Of a stretch of 64,000 nucleotides of DNA, positions 55,974 to 64,000 are shown piece by piece. The DNA is from Eledone cirrhosa. Taxonomy: Eukaryota. The stretch covers positions 10,974,001-11,038,000 of the forward strand of contig OZ024759.1 of NCBI GenBank assembly GCA_964016885.1. Reading direction: 5' to 3'. The notes beneath the pieces were generated by a model. The model was not told the origin of the DNA and did not search any database. It worked only from the letters and a program-made list of their open reading frames with translations. Each line of letters starts with the position of its first letter. The stretch's first letter is position 1. The translations under genes and the position numbers were made by a program.

Positions 55974-56650
55974 CTGTACAGGAGCAACAAGTGGAAGTTG
56001 TTAACTGATCCATTGTTTTACAGTGATACGAGAGGGCAAAATTACTGATGTGCAGATAACCTTGTGGTGTGCAGATAACCTCGTGGTGTGCAGATTATGT
56101 GGAGTGCAGATTATGTGGAGTTACATAACTAGTTATGTAGCTCTATATCGCCAGCCTTGAACAAAAAACTGTACATTTGGTACTTGGTTGTCTTTGAATA
56201 AAGGTCAAAAACTAATCAGTTATACACTGAATAGTCACATATATTTTACTTTGATCACACTGGCTGATAACAAATACTTATCTCTTATTATGTGGCATGA
56301 TAAGACATACGTGTCCTATTTACCTGTCCAATATAGTAACCTAGTTACTTAGTTATTTAGTTCATATGAATATATTACATTTCTACACTTCCACACCTTT
56401 TCTAATGCCGGCCACTTTAAATTGTCTCATAATTCATTTTACTGCAGCACCACCACAACCACCTAGCAGGAGGGACTAGTTTATATATATATATATATAA
56501 ATATATATATATATATGTAGATAAATCTACCAAGAGTTTACGGTAGTGTCCAATCCGTATGAAGAACTCAATGTAATCCGGATATCATGGAAAGAAGAGA
56601 TGCAATGAAATATCACTTTCGGTGAAAGATAAACGGAATACAGAGTCAAG

Positions 56651-57058
56651 ATAAAATATTAAAAAAATAATGAATAAAACAATGAAACAGTTCCTTATAT
56701 TAAACAAAAAAAGTTCATTATTTAACGATCGTTTCTAGGATATATATGTGTTAGAATTGGCATGCATATTCAACAGATCTATGTACAAAATTATACAAAC
56801 TATCAAAATTAAATATACATACCAACACATATATATGCCGTCTTCAGAAATAATGAAGACGGCATATATATGTGTTGGTATGTATATTTAATTTTGATAG
56901 TTTGTATAATTTTGTATAATTTTGTACATAGATCTGTTGAATATGCATGCCAATTCTAACACATATATATCCTAGAAACGATCGTTAAATAATGAACTTT
57001 TTTTGTTTAATATAAGGAACTGTTTCATTGTTTTATTCATTATTTTTTTAATATTTTA
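56651..57058. repeat. Near-perfect palindrome, ~195-bp arms
   Basis: Arms meet at gccgtcttca-gaaataa-tgaagacggc; the right arm has one extra tataattttg. Confidence 0.95.
56714..56857 (-). ncRNA. Type I hammerhead ribozyme with a greatly extended stem/loop II
   Basis: Minus strand: ttcattattt-CTGAAGA-cggcatatatatgtgttgg...ctaacacatatatatccta-GAAA-cgatcg-TT-aaataatgaa. Perfect 10-bp stem I, palindromic stem III, GUU triplet. Confidence 0.72.
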
Positions 57059-57608
57059 TATATATATATATATATATGCAAATAAACAAGTAGGACTACC
57101 AAATACATAAATCTGAATGTAGATATACCTAGAACAAGTTTGTTTTCCCTATATGTAAATAAAAGCCAACAATAAGACATCTAGTGGATAAGACCATTGA
57201 ATTCCAAACTCATAAATAATACACTTATAAAAGCTCAAGCCAATCATGAAGTAAATGTCTATACTAGAGCTAAGACATCCCCTATAATCCCTACCTCAGA
57301 CATTATATTTCCAACCCTTAACCTGCTCTAAATATGAGTATAGGGGAAACGGATTTTTAAAGTTGCAGTCGTCAAATTATGCAGTTTCTGTATAAGAATA
57401 GACATTAAACAATATCTATTCTTATCTGCAGCGACTGCAAACCCGTTGCATAATAACCTGCACTAACTAGAGGAAGATACCAGTGGTCCGTGAGAGGATT
57501 TTGGTCGTCTGTAGAAAAGTTTTAATGTATTTATCTTTTTAAAAAAATTCATATTAGTGGTCGACGGGATTTAAAATTATGAATTTAGTGGTCTGTGAGG
57601 TCCGAATG

Positions 57609-59917
57609 GTTGGCCCCCTCTGAACTAGACCACTGCCATAGCTAACAGTTGGCCACCTCTGAACTAGACCCCTGCCATAGCTAACAGTTGGCCACCTCTG
57701 AACTAGACCCCTGCCATAGCTAACAGTTGGTCACCTCTGAACTAGACCCCTGCCATAGCTAACAGTTGGCCCCCTCTGAACTAGACCCCTGCCATAGCTA
57801 ACAGTTGGCCACCTCTGAACTAGACCCCTGCCATAGCTAACAGTTGGCCACCTCTGAACTAGACCACTGCCATAGCTAACAGTTGGCCACCTCTGAACTA
57901 GACCCCTGCCATAGCTAACAGTTGGTCACCTCTGAACTAGACCACTGCCATAGCTAACAGTTGGCCACCTCTGAACTAGACCCCTGCTATAGCTAACAGT
58001 TGGTCACCTCTGAACTAGACCCCTGCTATAGCTAACAGTTGGTCACCTCTGAACTAGACCCCTGCTATAGCTAACAGTTGGCCACCTCTGAACTAGACCC
58101 CTGCTATAGCTAACAGTTGGTCACCTCTGAACTAGACCCCTGCCATAGCTAACAGTTGGTCACCTCTGAACTAGACCCCTGCCATAGCTAACAGTTGGCC
58201 CCCTCTGAACTAGACCCCTGCCATAGCTAACAGTTGGCCACCTCTGAACTAGACCCCTGCCATAGCTAACAGTTGGCCACCTCTAAACTAGACCCCTGCC
58301 ATAGCTAACAGTTGGCCACCTCTGAACTAGACCCCTGCTATAGCTAACAGTTGGGCACCTCTGAACTAGACCCCTGCCATAGCTAACAGTTGGTCACCTC
58401 TGAACTAGACCCCTGCCATAGCTAACAGTTGGCCACCTCTAAACTAGACCCCTGCCATAGCTAACAGTTGGCCCTCTCTGAACTAGACCCCTGCCATAGC
58501 TAACAGTTGGCCACCTCTGAACTAGACCCCTGCCATAGCTAACAGTTGGCCACCTCTGAATTAGACCCCTGCCATAGCTAACAGTTGGCCCCCTCTAAAC
58601 TAGACCCCTGCCATAGCTAACAGTTGGCCCTCTCTTAACTAGACCCCTGCCATAGCTAACAGTTGGCCACCTCTGAACTAGACCCCTGCCATAGCTAACA
58701 GTTGGCCACCTCTGAATTAGACCCCTGCCATAGCTAACAGTTGGCCCCCTCTAAACTAGACCCCTGCCATAGCTAACAGTTGGTCACCTCTGAACTAGAC
58801 CCCTGCCATAGCTAACAGTTGGCCACCTCTGAACTAGACCCCTGCCATAGCTAACAGTTGGCCACCTCTGAATTAGACCCCTGCCATAGCTAACAGTTGG
58901 CCCCCTCTAAACTAGACCCCTGCCATAGCTAACAGTTGGCCCTCTCTTAACTAGACCCCTGCCATAGCTAACAGTTGGCCACCTCTGAACTAGACCCCTG
59001 CCATAGCTAACAGTTGGCCACCTCTGAACTAGACCCCTGCCATAGCTAACAGTTGGCCACCTCTGAACTAGACCCCTGCTATAGCTAACAGTTGGCCACC
59101 TCTAAACTAGACCCCTGCCATAGCTAACAGTTGGCCACCTCTGAACTAGACCCCTGCCATAGCTAACAGTTGGCCACCTCTGAACTAGACCCCTGCTATA
59201 GCTAACAGTTGGCCACCTCTAAACTAGACCCCTGCCATAGCTAACAGTTGGCCACCTCTGAACTAGACCCCTGCTATAGCTAACAGTTGGCCACCTCTGA
59301 ACTAGACCCCTGCCATAGCTAACAGTTGGCCACCTCTGAACTAGACCCCTGCCATAGCTAACAGTTGGCCACCTCTGAATTAGACCCCTGCCATAGCTAA
59401 CAGTTGGCCCCCTCTAAACTAGACCCCTGCCATAGCTAACAGTTGGCCCTCTCTTAACTAGACCCCTGCCATAGCTAACAGTTGGCCACCTCTGAACTAG
59501 ACCCCTGCCATAGCTAACAGTTGGCCCTCTCTTAACTAGACCCCTGCCATAGCTAACAGTTGGCCACCTCTGAACTAGACCCCTGCCATAGCTAACAGTT
59601 GGCCACCTCTGAATTAGACCCCTGCCATAGCTAACAGTTGGCCCCCTCTAAACTAGACCCCTGCCATAGCTAACAGTTGGCCCTCTCTTAACTAGACCCC
59701 TGCCATAGCTAACAGTTGGCCACCTCTGAACTAGACCCCTGCCATAGCTAACAGTTGGCCCCCTCTGAACTAGACCCCTGCCATAGCTAACAGTTGGCCA
59801 CCTCTGAACTAGACCCCTGCCATAGCTAACAGTTGGCCACCTCTGAACTAGACCCCTGCTATAGCTAACAGTTGGCCACCTCTGAACTAGACCCCTGCCA
59901 TAGCTAACAGTTGGCCA
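57609..59917. repeat. 39-bp satellite, ~59 copies
   Basis: Unit gttggccacctctgaactagacccctgccatagctaaca. Confidence 0.97.
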
Positions 59918-60206
59918 CTTGCCCTTTGAAAGCCACCTCACTTCAGTATGAAGGAGCAACTCGACGAATTCTTCGTCATTATCTTGGCACAGTTGTCAGA
60001 AAATTCCTTCATTGAGGGAATGGTGTTTGATAAAATTGATGACATCAATGGCCACCTGCAAAGGCTTGCTCAGTGACTCGCTGAGTTTCTTAGCAGCCAA
60101 GTGTTGTCGATGAATGACAATGAACAGCAAATACAGATGGATTTTCTCTCTTGAAAAGAGGGACGTAACCCTTATCTTGGCCGACCATTGCTCTTGCGCC
60201 GTCCGT
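59915..60206 (-). pseudogene. hAT (Buster/Charlie; ZBED8/SCAND3-like) transposase fragment
   Basis: TDGARAMVG..KGY....VHC/IHRQHLAAK.LS..L..AIDVINFIK..SLN..IF*QLC......LLLHTEVRWLSKGK, with one frameshift and one stop. Confidence 0.9.
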
Positions 60207-60769
60207 CCTTTTCTTTTTTTTTATTTGTAATATTATTTATACAATAGGGAATAAAATAGATCTACATGGTGTTAACTCGTTACGGTTGTGTCAGTAATTT
60301 CAGACATGAAATACATTGTTATCGGTGAAGGAGAGACAAGATTCTAACTGGCTGTGCTGAAAGTGTCCTTGTCTCAGTTGACTGTGGGTTTTTCTATTTT
60401 TAGGATCTCAATTGCTGGCTTATGTATAGACACGCCTGCACACTTGCTCGCAGCTGCGGTCAGATCATAGTTATGCAGTCTACATGCTCAAATGCATTCA
60501 TACTGGCTGTCTCAGAGACGTACAATTATGGCTTATAAAACTTACCAAAGTTAAGAGCCTTCCAGAGCCCCCCTAGCACCCTCCCAAAGCTCCAAATGCT
60601 CCTCTAACCCCCCCCCCCCCCTCGGAGCTCCGAAATGTGGATACACAAGAGATGTAGTGGGATCAGGATCTCTGGTGATATGCAGTAATACAGAAGACCT
60701 GACTTCTCACGAGCACAGGCTGAAGCATATGTACAGTAGGCCCCAGCCCACACTGGACGTGTAAAAGAC

Positions 60770-60965
60770 ACGGCAAAAAGCACCCAGCCCACACTGTAAA
60801 TGTGGTTGGCGTTAGGAAAGGCATCCAGCTGTAGAAAACCAGCCAGAAACTCTCCTATATGAGCGAGACACGGTCACCCGACCCAACTTGCCTCTAAATA
60901 GGACCCGTCTAACCCATGCTAGCGTGGAACATGGACACATGTTAATCGATGTTGATGATGATGAT
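60770..60965 (+). mobile_element. Meta-like SINE 3' part
   Basis: gttggcgttaggaaaggcatccagctgtagaaa ... acccatgctagcgtggaacatggac.. (gat)n. Confidence 0.7.
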
Positions 60966-61123
60966 ATATATACATATATATATATATCTAGAGAGAGAGA
61001 GAGAAATTTCGTATTTCTAAAGAAACACAGTATGTTTACAGGTAAACATTTAGAAAGCCGTAGCTATGCAAAAAACACCGAGGCTAATGCCCTCTGGTGG
61101 TATCCAGCAGAAGCAAGGGGGAC

Positions 61124-61169
61124 AATCGTCGATGCATTTCGGACTTAACTGGCCCTCATCAGGACGATC
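61124..61169 (-). ncRNA. Canonical minimal type I hammerhead ribozyme
   Basis: Minus strand: gatcgtc-CTGATGA-gggc cagttaa gtcc-GAAA-tgca-TC-gacgatt. All core nucleotides, G10.1-C11.1 pair, palindromic ATGCAT stem III, AUC triplet. Confidence 0.88.
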
Positions 61170-61292
61170 CCTCCCACGGTTGCAACTGGTGGACTTGAAA
61201 ACAGTTGAGAATATATAGTTTTCTCGTCTGTGTAAATAAGCTGATTAATCTCATTTGCATATGAAGCTGCATAAGTTGGCTCAACTTATAAT

Positions 61293-61363
61293 TGTTTCTA
61301 CTTTAGGCACAAGGCCAGCAATTATCCAGTGCATTACTGGTACTTTATTTTATCGACCCCGTA
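61293..61363 (-). mobile_element. Nin-like SINE 3' fragment
   Basis: tgtttctactttaggcacaaggccagc...tttatcgaccccgta. Confidence 0.8.
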
Positions 61364-61572
61364 GAATAGAACTAGGCTTTCTAAATGTTTACCTGTAAAC
61401 ATACTGTGTTTCTTTAGAAATACAAAATCTCTACACATATCTGTATACAGCTATGCCTGAAGCTAAATCCCGGCCGGCCGGGGGTAGAAGCTGCTAAATT
61501 TTCGGTCGCCTTCATGTCTCTGATTTTCAGCCCCATGGATTTTGTCTATTATATTCCTTTGTTATATTTCGA

Positions 61573-61630
61573 ATACCTGATGATGTCACCGGATTCATAC
61601 TGAACCTGGTCATTGAAATGATCATAGTAT
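61573..61630 (+). ncRNA. Type I hammerhead motif with imperfect stem II base
   Basis: atac-CTGATGA-tgtcaccggattcatactgaacctggtcatt-GAAA-tgatca-TA-gtat. Confidence 0.65.
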
Positions 61631-61674
61631 AATAAACCTTTTAAGGAATTACACCAGTCCAGCCTCCTGTTATT

Positions 61675-61727
<53 letters not shown>

Positions 61728-61799
61728 TCGGTAGGCACCTCTTAACCAAAATACACCCCCGTCCCACTACCCCCACCCCATCCACACCACCCCCTTAAA

Positions 61800-62236
61800 T
61801 GTGAAGTTATGTTGGTATCACAACATCCAGTCCTAAATAAATGAGGTCGTGTAGGTGTCACGACAAAAAAAAACACACAGTCCACGCTGTAATGTGGCCG
61901 TGTAGGCAACATGGCAAAAACCTCCCAGTCCACACTGTAAACGTGGTTGGTGTTAGGAAGGGCACCCAGCCGTAGAAAACCCGCCAGACCTGTAGGTGTC
62001 ACGACAATAAAAAACACAGTCCACGCTGTAATGTGGCCGTGTAGGTAACACGGCAAAAACCTCCCAGTCCACACTGTAAACGTGGTTGGTGTTAGGAAGG
62101 GCATCCAGCAGTAGAAAACCCGCCAGACAGTCCTATACGAGCAAGACAACCAAACTTGCCTCAAGTGGGACAATTCCCGTCCAGACTCATGCAAGCGTGG
62201 AAGATGGACGTTAAACGATGATGATGATGATGATGA
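61800..62236 (+). mobile_element. Meta-like SINE with internal ~141-bp duplication
   Basis: Reverse complement of the 20995 copy; 61850-61989 is repeated at 61991-62128. Confidence 0.8.
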
Positions 62237-62336
62237 TATATATATATATATATATTCAAGAAATAGTGCCAAATCTCACAACTAAATCTATATATAGAAT
62301 CATCATATGTTGATTGAACTTGTTGTTGTTATTGGA

Positions 62337-62512
62337 TTGGCAGTATCGGTAGAGAGTCGGATGCCATGCTTTGCAGCATAGTTACGGCCCTTTATGATCC
62401 GAGTTCAAATCCCGCCGAGGTTAACTTTGCCTTTCATCCTTACGGTGTCGATAAAACAAAGTACCAGTAATACACTGGGATAATTGCTGGCCTTGTGGCA
62501 AAAATAAAAACA
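62337..62512 (+). mobile_element. Nin-like tRNA SINE whose tail runs into a (GTT)n tract
   Basis: Same family as 2617. Confidence 0.85.
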
Positions 62513-62560
62513 GTTATTATTGTTGTTGTTGATGTTGTTGTTATTGATGTTGTTGTTGTT

Positions 62561-62606
<46 letters not shown>

Positions 62607-62640
62607 TTATTACTGTTGTTGTTGTTGTTGTTTTTATTAC

Positions 62641-62674
<34 letters not shown>

Positions 62675-63209
62675 ATTGCTGTTGTTGTTGTTGTTGTTAT
62701 TATTATTGCTGTTGTTGTTGCTGTTGTTGTTATTACTGTTGTTGTTATTGCTGTTGTTGTTAATATTGTTGTTGTTAATATTGTTGTTGTTATTGCTGTT
62801 GTTGTTATTGCTGTTGTTGTTAATATTGTTGTTGTTATTGCTGTTGTTATTGTTGTTGTTGTTATTGCTGTTGTTGTTATTGCTGTTGTTATTGTTGCTG
62901 TTGTTGTTATTGCTGTTGCTGTTGTTGTTGTTGCTGTTGTTGTTGTTGCTGTTGTTGTTATTGTTGTTGTTATTGCTGTTGTTGTTATTGCTGTTGTTGT
63001 TATTGTTGTTGTTATTGCTGTTGTTGTTATTGCTGTTGTTGTTGTTGTTGTTGTTGTTGTTGCTGTTGTTGTTATTGCTGTTGTTATTGTTGCTGTTGTT
63101 GTTATTGCTGTTGTTGTTATTGCTGTTGTTATTGTTGCTGTTGTTGTTATTGCTGTTGTTATTATTGTTGTTGTTGTTGCTGTTGTTGTTATTATTGTTG
63201 TTGTTATTG
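62513..63209. repeat. Degenerate (GTT/ATT/GCT)n tract directly abutting the FATP splice acceptor
   Basis: Direct inspection. Confidence 0.95.
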
Positions 63210-63212
63210 CAG

Positions 63213-63359
63213 CTCTTCAAGAAATCTTGCCAAGCCTCGACAATAAGACGATCTTCTACAACTCCGGTACTGTGAATAATGCAGTGAGCGCCACTAGTCT
63301 TGACCAAGTGTTGGAGAAGGAGAGCACAAAGGCCCCACCAGCAGTTGCCAGCTTTAAAG
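63213..63359 (+). CDS. SLC27A4: Next FATP exon (147 nt), linker preceding the YIYTSGTTGxPK motif
   Basis: TTGCAG acceptor ending 63212 in phase 1, matching the previous donor. Reads ALQEILPSLDNKTIFYNSGTVNNAVSATSLDQVLEKESTKAPPAVASFK, then G|GTAATC donor at 63360. It is unique sequence amid repeats and fits the position and size of the corresponding FATP exon. Confidence 0.82.
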
Positions 63360-63374
63360 GTAATCAAAATGTTC

Positions 63375-63785
63375 AGTCATGTGGATTGGTGGTTAGAGAA
63401 TTAGATTTACAATCATGGGCTTGTGAGTTCAATTCCTGGCTCAGGTAATGTGTTATGTCCTTCAGTAAAACACTTTATTGGTGAGGAGGGTCACTTTGGA
63501 CATCCTGCAGGACTAAAAACAAAACCTGTCAAAGGGCAAAGGAGCTCTTAAGAGTCAATGGCCATCCAAATTCACCGGGAGAGATGACCCCTTAGCCTTT
63601 GTCAAGGCAGAATTCTTGGAGAAGGAAAACTCTGATATAACACCTGCAACCCTGATGGTATCCAATGTCATGTGGATTGGTGGTTAGACAATTAGATTTA
63701 CAATCATGGGCTTGTGAGTTCAATTCCTGGCTCAGGTAATGTGTTATGTCCTTCAGTAAAACACTTTATTTCACATTGCTCTTTC
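63375..63785 (+). mobile_element. CORE-like SINE head duplicated (63377-63478, 63667-63768) around an inserted repeat fragment
   Basis: gtcatgtggattggtggttaga...gagttcaattcctggc...cagtaaaacactttatt occurs twice. Confidence 0.75.
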
Positions 63786-63931
63786 TGTCTGGAGTTGCAA
63801 CAGGTAGATAGTACCAGCAATGGAAAGACCAATGAAAATATTGTTTCCTTGGTCCGATTTGATGAGTTCCACTTCTCTCGGCAAGTGAATGATGTTTAGG
63901 ATCTTGTTGATCAGTTCCTTATTATCTTTAA

Positions 63932-64000
63932 CCCTTTAATGTTCAAACCGGCCAAAACCGGCCAGAATTCTCTACCTCTTTCTGTTGAAACTGGCTGTAA
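63932..64000 (+). mobile_element. Left end of piggyBac-like MITE (same family as 26878), runs off the window
   Basis: TTAA|CCCTTTAATGTTCAAACCGGCC... Confidence 0.85.

Noticed and set aside
39569-59917. CRISPR-like arrays
   Set aside because: Repeats are head-to-tail without unique spacers, there are no cas genes, and the context is eukaryotic.
62405-63275. Poly-Asn, poly-Leu and poly-Val ORFs
   Set aside because: (GTT)n tract; only 63213-63359 is exon-like.

Overview
Eukaryotic, AT-rich and extremely repeat-dense genomic DNA, probably from a coleoid cephalopod (Octopus-like). That assignment is inferred from the Nin-/Meta-/CORE-type SINEs, TTAA-flanked piggyBac-like MITEs and huge (TA)n tracts. 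The only well-supported host gene is a + strand long-chain fatty acid transport protein (FATP, SLC27A1/4-like), seen as two internal exons (53808-54196, 63213-63359) with compatible splice phases. Its upstream exon(s) are uncertain and its downstream exons lie beyond the window. The rest is intronic or intergenic: large tandem arrays (61, 70/78, 48 in two inverted blocks, 40, 42/43, 52 and 39 bp units), CR1/L2-type LINE 3' ends, a deleted Gypsy LTR element with a TSD, a non-autonomous Helitron, hAT and piggyBac MITEs, a hAT transposase relic, SINEs, microsatellites and a 200-N gap. Two patterns stand out. (1) At least six sequence-diverse type I hammerhead ribozyme motifs of the minimal Penelope-like kind are present, and the window's long palindromes pivot on hammerhead helices. 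(2) Several large satellites are amplified pieces of transposon ends (piggyBac terminus + TTAA, hAT terminus + target site, a LINE 3' segment bracketed by a 10-bp inverted repeat). The giant ORFs in the ORF track are repeat artefacts. All calls were made by eye, with no database searches.
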